Below are positions 47,301 to 61,527 of a DNA stretch of 64,000 nt, piece by piece. The stretch is from Ostrea edulis. Taxonomy: Eukaryota. Location: the NCBI RefSeq assembly GCF_947568905.1, contig NC_079164.1, positions 34,100,001 through 34,164,000 of the forward strand, written 5' to 3'. The notes beneath the pieces were generated by a model that did not search any database, had not been told where the DNA came from, and worked only from the letters and a program-made list of their open reading frames with translations. Made by a program: the position numbers and the translations under genes. The stretch's first letter is position 1. Every line of letters starts with the position of its first letter.

Positions 47301-50300
47301 TAGCGAGGTTAATAGTGTTGGAATGAAAATAGAAAAATCTTCTCAGATGGGTAAGCAATTCCATGTACATTAAATAATCCTGAAACACATTACAATTGCA
47401 TCAAAATATTTACAGAGTTTTAAAATTTATTTTGGCCTTTATACCTTATATTAAATTACACTCCCCCACTCCGTTTAGAGGTTTACATAGTTATGCGAGG
47501 GTTGTCCCAAAAAATCGTATATACATGTACATTGTATATCTACATTTCCAGCTGTTTCTCTGTGATAACCCAATGTGTTCTTTTCCCTACAACTTCATTT
47601 CTCACTCCATGCAAAATGATATGTCGATTTTATATTTTCATTTTTATTTCAAAATAACAGTCTAGTTTGTTGGGTATGTGAGTGACGTCAACGGAAAGCG
47701 TGATATAGTTTATGCATAATGGCCGGTGTAGAGGCAAATTTTGACTCCCATAGAATAATGACCGGGGGTCATTTTTCGACGTCGAAAAATGACCCCCGGT
47801 CATTATTCTATGGGAGTCAAAATTTGCCTCAACACCGGCTTCTCCGAAACATCATGTGTCCACTGTAGTTAATCTCTTCACATACCCGACAAACTAGACA
47901 GGGATCCCTTAATAATGGGAAAATATATAGTTTAATTTTTCTCTCAAGGTATTAATTTAAGTTTGTTCTCAACATGAACTTTGAACATGAAATTTGGTTG
48001 TTTGGGAGAGGTCGGGTCATAGCTAAGTTTATCGAGGAATTCAAGAAAAAATGGTGCAATTCAGACCATGGTCCCCGGAATCCCAATTGGGCCATACAAA
48101 GGCTTTTATTTTAAACGTGGAGAAAACACAATAGTTCTGTTGAGCGATATGGTTCACGAGCCTTTATTGTTTTCATAATACCGTATATCTACAAAAACGG
48201 GTTGATCAGGTAAGTCGAGTACTGGTACATCTAAATTAATAAGTTTTCCGTTGCGCCCTGGAGCTAATTAAGAGGAAATGGGCAGCGTAAATATTGTAAA
48301 ACGTACAGAATTTGTGACAAAGCTAACAAAGAAACTAAAAAACTTATAAAAGGCGAGTATCAAATATACATGATAGAGTACACAGGGGTCACAATGCTGA
48401 TTGGATTAAGATGACGTACATATAAATATCTACTTCCGTGAAACAAACAAAAATACACCACCTTTCTTAAATTAAAACATGTTATTGGAATATTAAACAA
48501 AGTCTAAAACAGTCAGAACATATGCTCTAAATAGTTTTGAATCTGGAATTAATAATACGATGAAAATTACACATCCTTGATTAAGATACACTTTGGAAAT
48601 AATAGACTCTGAAATAAGAAAATATGTCAATGTTGAATCTATGAATCAGCAATAAAAACTCTTGTACACATGCAAATTAGAAATGAATAAGTACAGTAAC
48701 TTAAAGCTAAAGATGTGACGTAACGTTTGGACAAAAGATTCATCCACAAGAATTGTAATAATGTGTTTGGTAGTAATATGTTTTGATTACTGTTCTCCAG
48801 GAACATTAAGGACAATTTATTTAACATGTTTTCTGGAAATAAGAGTCTGGTATCAACAGATCGTGCATATGACACTAATTCCCCTGTAGAGAAGTGCAAA
48901 ACAGATTAACCATTTTCTGTTGAGATAAGATTTTAATACAGATTCGTTAGAAGAGAAAATAAACGTCTCGACTTTGAATCAGATTTACTGTTAGACACAA
49001 TACTTAATGAATAAATTTCTGTGGTCGGCTCCAAGAATGAACAAAATATGGATAATAATTTTTAAACAGTTTCTTTTGAGAAAAGTCGTTTGATATAGAT
49101 TCTTAAGTAGATAAGAAGAAACGATTTCGGTGCGGTTTTTCTAGTCTCTAGATCGGATTTTCCACATTCAGCACTGATTTTCTAGATTCGGTACAGAGTC
49201 TATAGATTCGATACGGAGTCTATAGATTTGGTACGGAGTCTATAGATCTGGTACGGAGTCTATAAATCCGGTACGGAGTCTATAAATCCGGTACGGAGTC
49301 TATAGATTCAGTACGGAGTCTATAAATCCGGTACGGAGTCTATAGATTCAGTATGGATTCTCTACATTGGTACGGATTCGAAAGGGTGCGTGGAGAATCC
49401 CGAGAATTGTTGTGGATGTTTGCGAGCACTGTGATTTGTTATTAATAATATTTTGACCCCTGGTCGATCAGCATTGTTGAGAATTTTTCTCTCTGACATG
49501 TTTATAAACAAAGTAACCAGTCTAAAAGTTAGGTACATATGTGATGACGGCGTAGGAAAACCTTTGTAATATCCAAAATATATATAATAGGCGATACACA
49601 CTGGATAAAGGAGTAAATATGTGATGAATTCCCCAAATCTGCCTGCAGCAGTTCGCTGAATAATACGATATGTCGGCTTTTGCACCACGACGTCCGTCCT
49701 ATTGGGGAGTCACAAGTTCACCACGGCGATCTTGGAATGATTCTTATAATAACAACAATAGAATATTTTGACTCTTTTAGGCGGAAGACCTCGAAAGATA
49801 ATAATAGTACCTTATACCGTGATATAAATTTTCTGGTAGAACAACAACAAAAACCTCTTTAGAAAGTATTTTGAAAAGAATAGTTTTCTGAGTGAATGTT
49901 AGATTTCTTATTAGAATTCAAGAGAATCCTATAATGGGGAATGAGTATCATATTTTAGAGGGAATTTGTTTAAATGGATGTTGTCCTTTTGCAATTGTTC
50001 TCCGTGTTGACTAAATAATCTGTATCAATGTACAATTATGAAAAAGTGAAGAAAATGAACTGTAATCAATCTCTTTAATCCTACATAAGGAATACAAAAA
50101 CTAGAGCAGGGCAAACACGGACCTCTGGAAATACCAGAGTTGGGATCAAGTGCTTGGAATAAGTAAGTGTTCCGTGTTATGCCGTAAACCCTATATCTTA
50201 TCAGGTAAGCGGAATAATCCGTAGTCAAAGTCAGTATGTAAGAACGGCCTAAAAATTGGTATAAATCAGGTCAGGCAATATTCGGCCTAATGGGAGGTTG

Positions 50301-53300
50301 TAGTTGCAAATAAGATCATTATAACGATCATAGAATTTGCTGGCATTAAACGATACTTTTGAAATCCCTGTGACATCAACTTATTTGTCAGTAGCCTGCC
50401 TCGATTTAAAAATTGATTATAAGCAGAACATGCTTTCGCGTATAGAATCAGTTGAGCGACATAAACACTGTATGTAGTTGCTATATAAATATAAAATATT
50501 GTTATATTTTATTATCAGAAGTTGACAATAGAGAAGATGAAGTCATCCCATTTGTCTTAAAGTTGAGTTGCTAGTTTGCCGTTAATGTCTATGCTCAGTA
50601 GAATACCCAGATATGAAGCAGATGTGGAAGACTCTGTGGTGTCTTTTTTTTTTTTATCTTGAGTTCATTGGGATATCTCGCATTGACATGAATTTTGTCA
50701 ATAAATAAAACTCGTTTCACTACTAGTATCTACACGTCAAGTTGAAAAGCACAGCAAAACAAATATGTATAATGCAGAATAAAGCTTTTGAATAACTTCT
50801 GCCTCATAAGAATACAAAAACAGGATATTTAATTAAAAGAGCACAATTTGTGCCCATGGAAATTCAATGTAAATCTTATGAAGTACTAAATAATTCGTAT
50901 CAATTATTCTTAGACAACCTTACAAGTCAAATTATCCCAAGGTAATATTTCATTTCAAAGAATGCGGTAATGTAAATTCCCAAGATAGACACTTTTGGTA
51001 CAAAGGTTCTTTTTCCCTTACAGACTCCCTGGTAGAAAAGAGGGAGGATCAGGATGTCCACAAGGAGAGGGAGACGTGGGATACTAAGATTGACTTCCTG
51101 TTGTCAGTCATTGGGTTTGCCGTGGACTTGGCCAACGTCTGGCGGTTTCCCTATCTCTGCTATAGAAACGGAGGGGGTAATGCTCTTTACAAGAACAATT
51201 TTACCAACTGTTATTTTCGTGTAGACGCATTTAAGAACAATTTCGTTCCGTTTTATGCTCACTAAAAGCTATATTTTGATACCCGAGAACAGCGAGTAAA
51301 TTTAGATTCACCGAGATTTTATAATTCATTTGACTACTTTGAAAGGGACAAAATATGTAGACAAAATTAAATAAATCGAAAGCAAAATTTTTATAATCGA
51401 GAGTAGAAATGTTTACTTCATAGATTTCCTTATGGAAATGAAGAGGGTAGTACATACATCGCAATATATGTACCTTGTACAACTGAATGACAATATAACA
51501 TAGCTTTTGTCGGATGGTTTGTGACAGGTGTCAGTCTTTCTGTTTGCCAGGTGCTTTTCTGATCCCTTACCTGCTGATGCTGGGCGCAGCTGGAATTCCA
51601 CTTTTTTACATGGAATTGGCTTTAGGTCAATACAACAAAACCGGTGCAATCACTTGCTGGGGCCGTCTGTGTCCTTTATTCAAAGGTACTATGTGATATA
51701 TATGTTTAGTATATTCGTTCTCCCTTTTTGAAAACATTTATGGAATCATTACATTTTGTGTGGGTATCCCTATCCTATGAATTTCAAAGCACGATGAAAT
51801 ACACAAATCATATGCTTCCATGTACAGCAACCATATATCGACGATAATACACCTCAACCTAAATATAAAATCTTAGCCATCCACAAAAATTGAGCCCCAC
51901 GAATTTAAATGATTCCACGGTAATGCATGTATTACATCCCTTTATTTTCATTTGTTTGAAATGTCTTGATGTTTAAATTTGATATTACAACGTCTCTTCT
52001 GAATGTTTAGGGATCGGATGGGCAGTGGTGTTGATCGCTTTTTACACAGACTTTTTCTACAATGTTGTGATAGCTTGGTCCATCCACTTCCTGTTCTCCT
52101 CGTTCACTAGTGAGCTTCCATGGGCCAAGTGTGGCCATGAATGGAATACGGAGTATTGTTATGAAGGAAAGTCAAATACAGCGCCATCTAGTGGAAACAA
52201 TTCAAACATTACTTATGAAGGAACTACTGTACTTAATTCAATATCTACATTGGTAGAGGACATGAATATTACAAACAGTACTAATGACACGGAAGGTAGA
52301 AAAATTTCGCCAGCAGAGGAATATTTCAAGTAAGGACAACTGGAATATAATACTAGTAGAAATATGTGCTTACTCTAAGAAAACATCGTGTAATAGCAAA
52401 ATCATTATAAAAAATGTCAGAAGACTCGTCGTATTCGTTACCATCACGTTATACCAGATGTTGACGATTATATTATATACAGAGAATATTGCTAAGCAGA
52501 AATAACTCCATTGTGATAACAATTCTATTTATTAGTCCTTACATTGATTTTCAATATGTTTGTGTAGTCTTCCAAGAGAACTGTATACTCTGATACAGGA
52601 TCAAAAGAACGAATAGCCTTTAAAGCGAATTTTCTGCTTTTCACACTATTTGAAACTCTAGGCATGGCCCATGTTCATATCTCCACAGCAACTTATACCA
52701 TTGTCAGAGTTGAACAATGAGATAATCGTTTTAGACAATGAAATCTAATACTGAAGTTATTGAAATAAACTAAAATATTTACGTAAAATGTTTTTAACGA
52801 AACGTCATCGCTGTTTGTTTCAGCAATCGATTTCTGCAACTGGACAAAAGTGGCGGGATTTTTGACGTCGGTTCCATTAATTGGGAAATTGCTCTGTGCT
52901 TGTTAGCAGTGTATATCATTTGCTACTTCAGCCTTTGGAAAGGGATTAAGATGTCGGGAAAAGTAAGAATCATTATCTACAATCAACAACATCTAGCTCC
53001 TCTAATGACGCCAACCTTCTCAACCAGCAACGAAGGCTCTAAATACCCCCTTTATTCCACGTGGATGAAACCACGACCTCTGTTTTGGTAATTTAGAGTG
53101 TCATTGACACAACGAATTGCTTAGTGGCCATTTTCAGGGGCCCTGCCTTCTCGTTTAAAGTATTTGGGATTTTACCATTTAATATATATATATCTTTATT
53201 ATGACAGCAAATTCATTTTGCTGCAAATTTAGAAACACACTTTTTTTTAATCCATGTAATATGTTGCTTGTTCATCGAGAGAGAGAGAGAGAATGAACGG

Positions 53301-56300
53301 GAGATGTTTATCATATCCGTGTTACACACTGTGTGATGTACATAAACTTATCGCACTACGGTAAAATCGTTTATATTCGTGGAGGCCAATATTTGTAGAT
53401 TGCCAAGATTGTACAATTTCGCTGGGATCTACTTTCGTGGATATGATTTCATTGTATGAATTGTATATTTCATTGTCGCTGAAATTCACGAGATCGGGGT
53501 ATCCACGAAATTCAGAAAAATCGACCACCCATGAAATATATCTATTCCACACCATTTTTTATAGGTAGTGTGGTTCACAGCTTTGTTTCCGTACGTCGTG
53601 TTGGTCATTTTGATGATCCGTGGTGCGACGCTAGAGGGCGCTGGAAAGGGAGTTGAGTACTACCTGACCCCAAACTTTACCAGACTTGCCAGTTCCAACG
53701 TAAGGCTTTGCTTCAACCCTAATCTGCAGGCTTTTTATCTGAAAATCCATAGTATATTAGAAAAACTTTCCTGAGTACAACTTTTAAGTAAATGAGATCA
53801 GTGATGGACTATACAGGCTACCTAAAAGTTCATGTCTTCAATGTCTATGAATCCATAATATGGTCATATATCCACAAATAAAAGAATATTGTACAAAATT
53901 GACAGAACACTGGATCTAAAGTTTATTTACAGAAAACACAAAATATATCACACATAAAAAATTCTCAAACTATTACGCAAATTAACCAAACCAAAAAAAG
54001 AATAAAATGAATCGACATGTTTCCAGGTGTTCGTGAAAATTACTATATCAAGTTCGCGAGCAATAGGTTAACTAATAGCACAGTGTGTTTACTTATTTTA
54101 GCGTATCTAAAAAATTTGCGCAACGGGAGCCTTTCACTGTTAGGTGTTATGTGGTTTGGCTCTTCTTTTATGCATGTTAATGGATAGAGATTTTCATATT
54201 TTAGCGTAGGAATAGATTGCCACTCTTGCTCCAGCACTACAGATGCTCACATACGAATGCCGCTAAAACAATTTGTTTTTGCAGGTTTGGGTAGACGCCG
54301 CTACACAGGTGTTTTTTTCCTTGGGACCTGGATTTGGGGTTCTGTTGGCGTTTGCCAGTTACAATCAAATCAACAATAATGTTTACAGGTTTGTATAAAA
54401 TAAACTTCCTAGTTAAATGAAATCAACAGGTTTATAGAACACTTACTCGGACATTTACCAATTAAAATAAAATCAGTGTATGATTGTAGAGATTTTCAAT
54501 TTACAATCAAATTAACATTAATGTTAACAGGTTTGTAGAAAATTTGTTCTAGTGTTTTATGGTCACAAGGAAAGCAATGGTAATTTTAACAATTTTGTTT
54601 ACTGGCTTGTGGAAAATTTACCAGATATAATCAAATCAGCAATAATATCTGATGGAAAAAACTTCCTGTCACGTTTTAAAATACTATTACTAGTTTTTAA
54701 TACGTGAAAAGGGTTGGGATAACGAACAGTGGTCGATCTCATATAAGAAATACAAAATTGAGAAAAAAGACAAACACGGATTCTTGTGAACACCAGAGGT
54801 GCGGTCAGGTGCCTAGGAGGAGTTAGCATCCCATATCGACCGGTCCCCTCAGTCTTGATCATGTTATGATATTTGTCAATATTGGAAATATGACGACTTT
54901 AGCCTCTTCCTGATATACATGTACTAAACTGAAGATAACCTTTCATGTGTACTATAGTAGATTATAGGTACCATTCATTGTACTACAGGTATAGTAGATT
55001 ATAGGTACCGTTCATTGTACTATAGAAGATTATAGGTACCGTTCGTTATCCTTTAGTAGATTATAGGTACTGTTCATTGTACTATAGTAGATTATAGGTA
55101 CTGTTCATTGTACTATAGTAGATTATAGGTACTGTTCATTGTACTATAGTAGATTATAGGTACTGTTAATTGTACTATAGTAGATTATAGGTACCGTTCA
55201 TTGTACTATAGTAGATTATAGGTACTGTTCATTGTACTATAGTAGATTATAGGTACCGTTCATTATCCTATAGTAGATTATAGGTACCGTTCGTTTATCA
55301 TGATTTAATATAGCATCACCATATTTACTAATACAAGTGTCAGAGTATCAAAGATTTTTACTGTCGTTAATCAAAGTTATACTATATTTTTAAAACTATA
55401 TTTTCAAAGTTTGTACTAAAATGATCAAAGTTTTAAATGTTAATTTAATTTTGCAGACGTATTTTTTAGACTAAGATAAAATACCAAAAATATAATCATA
55501 CGGAACAAAACTACGAACATCTGAAATGAAGCCAAAGATTGAAATTTTTCCAGAATAAATCAAAATATGATTTATTTATTTTTACTATAATCAACTATAG
55601 TATCAATATTATACTGTAGTAGATAAAAGTTTAATTAAACATTGTACTGTACACTCACCTCCCATACTGATTGTTCTGTAATGTTTCTGGTTTTGCGTCC
55701 CATTCGAGAATTTTTCACTCATTTTGAGACGTCACTAGCTCTAAATGAAGTCCCACAAATTTTGACACGTGCGTGCCGTTCAATGTCATAGCAATGAAGG
55801 TTATTTATGGTATCACGTTTTAAGGGTGATATCTGAAAGACCCGTGACTTTCACACTTCTAAGGCGGGGCACTTAGTGAAGTAGGGACAGTCTACACTTT
55901 TAATGCTGGACGCTTAGGGTTCTAATGCCGGGCGCTCAGTGTTCTAATGCCGGGCGCTTAGTGTTTTAATGTCTGGCGCTCAGTGTTCTAATGCCGGGCG
56001 CTTAGTGTTTTAATGCCGGCGCTTAGTGTTCTAATGCCGGGCGCTCAGTGTTCGCGCTCAGTGTTCTAATGCCGGGCGCTCAGTTTTCTAATGCCAGGCG
56101 CTTATTGCTCTAATGCCGGACGCTTGGTGAACAATCTACCTAAGTTTGACGCGACGCCGGAATGGAGAATCGAACCCTGGACGTTCCAGTTGCTAAGCAA
56201 GCTTCCTATGCTTTGAAACTACTAGAGCAATTGTTTCACTAAGTTGAGTGTATGATGTTTATAGTGTATGTGTATTGGGAATGTAATGGTAAACGGGATC

Positions 56301-59300
56301 AATTTCATTTAATGTTTCTAAATCAATTTCCGGAGACTAAGTATTCTTATAAAGTACAAAATATATCACACTTCATCATTGACTCGCTGAAAAAGATTTT
56401 TTTTTTCGTTTTCCATTACAAATAATTAAATTATACAAATGCACTCATTCTTTTGGAAATTCCCTGTAATTCTTGTCCTGGTTGTTTGATTTACAGTAGA
56501 ATCCTTTTACGGGAACCAATACGTTTTATTTGCAGTCGACGACGATTGCGGGCTAGAATTAAGTGAAAAGTTATTTAGACTGACTTGTGGCAATTAGCTC
56601 TTACATTTTCCGATCCTGTAACGAGGGTACATCTATTGAAAAGACGTTTTGTCGAATTCGATAAATTCGGTGATTATTATTCAATCGTAAGCCATAGAGG
56701 AACTCCGCAAGATATTTTCGTCTAATACCATAAATTGCGGAATCCACGAAAGTTTTAATTGAACACAGATAATTCTACACAGCATAGTGTGTTTGACATT
56801 TTCCTAACGACCCTCGTAATATCAATTTGTCTAGAAATATCCATACATTTATGACACAATATTTGCCATTATTATCTCAGACATACATTAATATCTGTCT
56901 CGTTTCACCACTAAATATTATATATAATTGCCCGCATACATGGCATATTGCCCGCTAGATCAGTAAAACTTTGCTCCATATATGTTGGACTTCGAGCAAA
57001 GCAAATCCGAACTCTGAAGCGTTTTCAAATTTTACGGAGATCCATATCGCTGAATGTCATTTATAACTGTTCAAGTTAGAGTAGGTATATTTACAACATT
57101 CGGTTAAATCGTCCATGTGATATCTGTTATATCAAAACAGTTAAAGGAATAAGTTTTCATAATTCTATGTTCTATCCAAGCTTGATTTCCCCCCTCCCAT
57201 GTCATATGACCATCTCTTTTTTTTTAAAAACAGGGATGCCTTAATCACCAGCAGTATTAACTGCCTGACAAGCTTCGTGTCTGGCTTCGTCATCTTCATG
57301 ATACTGGGGCACATGTCTGAGACATCTAATCTACCCATAGAGAATGTAGCAACGGAAGGTAACCTACATCAGTTTCTAGATTTCTATTTCTTCTGCCAAG
57401 CAATGATTACGAATACCACCATGAAATTGAATATAGTGACAAAGTTTGGTCTACATGTACATGTGTATATTGAATATTGAAAATGAATTTTGCTTCTTCT
57501 TTCTGATTAAAAATTTATTTTTCTGTCTGTATAGGTCCCGGTCTCGTTTTCGTTGTTTATCCTGCTGCCATAGCAACACTTCCTGCAGCACCTTTTTGGT
57601 CCATTATATTTTTCTTGATGCTTTTGACCCTGGGACTAGATAGTTCGGTATGTCATGAGAAGTACTTTTAATTTCCCAATGTAGAATTTTTCAATTTCCA
57701 GTACTAAGAGACATACAGGTGCTTGTAATTATTTTCTAGTTTGGAGGGTCGGAGGCTATAATTACCGCCATCTCTGACGAGTTTCCGATACTTAGAAAAC
57801 ACCGGGAACTGTTTGTGGGAGCCCTGTTTGCACTGTACATGATTGTAGGACTGGCGTTCTGCACACAGGTAAATCATCGTCACAGCCAATTCAAAATGAA
57901 ACGTGTTTCTAAATCTTTTTATTGAACATTATCCCTAATTTGAACAGATGCCTGTACTTTTTTTCTGAACCTTTTCCTTCTTCTGTCAACAATTCTCAGT
58001 ATAAATATAAAGGAATTTTATGAATTTTTTCATCAGATTAACCCAGAGAATCCAATACTCAAACATGTACATTTTTGTAACACCATGCTTGATGATAATG
58101 AAAATCTTCACAAGCTCCAAACTAAATGTGTTTTCTGAATATTTACATACTATACATAGTACTACACACATCCAATTATTCAATTCACTTAAGTGAAATG
58201 ATTGGAAGTGTACGACGTGTATGAATATAAAACCTTTCTTCGTGCATCAGATAGAGTTGTTTCTTTCTTCAATTGACATTTGTTATGTATATATGATACA
58301 GTGATCTTATTATAATTCGATGATTAATTCATCTGAAAGAAAGGGGACAATAAAAGGCAATAATTTAACACTGTTTTACTCCAGCACTACACTAATGTAC
58401 AGAATAATTTAGTGTTAATAAAGGAAATGGTTCTCTATATATCGATAGTCCATTATCAGGTAAAATGTATTTCAAATTACGGTCAGGAATTCGGGGAACT
58501 TTCGCAACCCTGAACTATATTTAATGGCCAGCCATAATTCAGTTTTGCTAGCATATTGTACCGCTGACGGGAAAATACCATTCAGTTAAAATGCACTTAA
58601 ATAAAAAAAAAAAAACCCAACTACATGCACGTTAAGTGTATTTGGGTCAGAGACAAAATGGTACATCTACCGTGACAGGAAATGTAATTCTTACACTAAT
58701 TACAGAGTAACCCCAGACGGAAACTGAGGAGACGGTGCTTAAAGCCGAACTGTCAAATTGAAAAAGAATGTACCCTGCATAACTACAGAATGCGATATTT
58801 TTCATAATTTGCTGCCTTGATCCACAATTTCATTACCAAAAATCACAGTGGCATTGTAAAATGGGTCTACAAGGAATTACAGTCCTCTTAAAGTACAATA
58901 GAATTGTGACAGAAAATTAAATCGTTAGTGAACCTGATGCCAGTTTTTTGTGTCCCGTATGGTTATGCTAATATTACCGAGAATGACGTGTCTGATTGCA
59001 GGGTGGCGCTTACGTCGTGTCATTGATGGACAAATACGCTGCCGGCTATTCCATTCTGTTTGCAGTGTTTTTTGAGAGTTTGGTTCTTTCCTGGGCATAT
59101 GGTATGTTTTAGTTTAATAGATACAAGAGTCTAAGTAGGGGAAGGTGAGCGGAGTAGAAAATGGGAAAGGGTGAGGGAGAACACTGGAGATGAGAGAAAA
59201 GAGAAAGACAGGAAGAAACAGTATAAACATTCTGTCCTTCAGATACAAAACGCCTTACAGCAAAATCAAATGGAAAATATATGCTGTAAATAACTTATAG

Positions 59301-61492
59301 TGGTTATAATCCAATATGAAAGCATGTAAATAGAATAGAGAAATGTTACATTTCTTTAAGAAAAACAATAGAACAAGAGCATTTCATCGAAGTACATATA
59401 TGTTATGTGAAGACCTCGTGTTAGAAAAGGCGTGGTGTATGATGCTGACAATGGCGCTCCATATTGAAAAGGAGGCGGGGCCTCTAGAGGATGCAAGAGG
59501 TGGGGCCTTTTATGTCAAAAACCCAAAACTAGTATATTACACCTGTCATTTCAATTTCCGACATCCTCAGACCTGGCTGTAGAAGTGTGGTTAGAATGTA
59601 AAATGATTCAAAGAATTAAAAACGTTTCATTTGAAGCTGGTGGAACGAATCTCTATTCCATCCCTAAACTAAATGATGGGCCTACAACATGGAAGAAAGC
59701 GGGGTGAAATGAATTAACGTTACAACTTATTGTTATGTTTTTATAGGTAACAGGACAGGATTATTTCCCCTGAAATCATTGCTGCATTATTTACTTATGG
59801 TCTGAAAGAAATATTTACTTTTTGTATATATTGTATAATCAAGTGTTAAACTAAAATCAGATTTGATGCCTTTATCATTTTCAGTGACACCTATCTTAAG
59901 TACTGCCTGATGGTGACATGGAATGGGTCATAAATCTTTAAGTTTAGATCCATTCAGTATCTATTACCTATATAAAACAACCTAATAAGCTGGCATGTAA
60001 GGGTAATGATTGAGATAAATCTAACTTCAATGATAGTGTCATTATATATTTAACGTTATCTTGTCCATCTAGTTGAAATAGTAAAATGCATTGCAATAAT
60101 GCTGTTGTAAATGGATAATGCATTGTATGAAAGGTGAAGATAACGAACAGTGATCAATCTCATAACTTCTATAAGGAATACAAAATAGAGAGTTGGGCAA
60201 ACACGGACCCCTGGATATACCAGAGGTGGAATTAGGTGTCTAAGAGGAGTAAGCACCCCCTGTCGACCGGTCACACCCGCCGTGAGCCCTATATCTTGAT
60301 CAGGTAAATGGAGTAATCTGTAGTCAAAATCAATGCGCCAAGAACAACCTAACAATGGATATGAAGCACGTCAGACATCATTTGACCCAATGATAGGTTG
60401 TATTGGCAAACTAGATCATTATATTTTACGAAATGCTACCTTTAAATGAGACTGTTAACACCTCTGTAATATCAACTTGTTTGTCAGTAGCCTGCCTCGA
60501 TTTAAAAACTAATCATACGCAGAACAAGCTCTTGCGTATCGAATCAGTTGAGAGAAATAAACACCATATGTAGGTGATAATGGAATATTGCCATATAAAT
60601 ATGGGAAGTTGACGATGGGGAAGCTGCAATCATCCCATTTGTCATAAAGTTAAGTTGTTAATTTACCGTTAATATTTATTTTCAATAAAATATTTAAGTG
60701 TTTTAGATACACAAATGCGTTATAGATTAGATATTCAGATGTGTTTCTCTGGTTCTTTTTACAGGTGTTGAGAGATTTTCAAGCGATATCAGAACAATGC
60801 TCGGTCATCCTGCTGGTATATATTGGAAAGTTTGTTGGAAGTTCATCGCACCTTTATTTATTTTAGTAAGAAATGGGATATAACTCCTATTCATATTCAA
60901 AGAAAATCAAGTTGAGATGACTTTCTGATTCCTTTGCTCTTATTTTAATAATTGTTTAAACCTATTTCCTATTTGCTCATAAAATGAAGAAAAAAAAAAA
61001 CGGTGAGAAGATTTAAATGGCAGCATTGATTTTGACAGTGGATCATGATTTTCGGCCTGGTCCAGTACACGCCGCATAGATACGACAATTACGAATACCC
61101 ATGGGAGGCTAACTTCATCGGCTGGTGTGTGGCGCTGTCCTCCGTGCTATGTATTCCATTGTTCGCAATTATAGCATTTATCAGAGCAAGAGGATCACCA
61201 ATGGAGGTAAATCCCACTAATCCTCATAATTCTAGACTTAGGTGTAAACCAACTGCCTCGATGATTAATGCACTGCTAGCGTTTTCTCAATTCCGTGAGT
61301 ATTCGGGTTAGAATAGGTCCTCAGTACCCCTTGTTTGTCGTAAGAGGCGACTAAATGGGCAGGTCCTTCGGGTGAGACCGCAAAAACCGAGGTCCCGAGT
61401 CACAGCAGGTGTGGCACGATAAAAATCCATCTATCCCTGCTCAAATGCCGTAAGCGCCGAGTATAGGCCTAAATTTTGCAGCCCTTCATCGA

Positions 61493-61527
<35 letters not shown>

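Noticed and set aside
61300-61360. HDV-like ribozyme in the SINE family B head
   Set aside because: P3-, P4- and J4/2-like pieces can be drawn (GGT-CCTCAGT-ACC; TCGT/GCGA; CTAA), but no P1 or P2 partner strands exist in the right order
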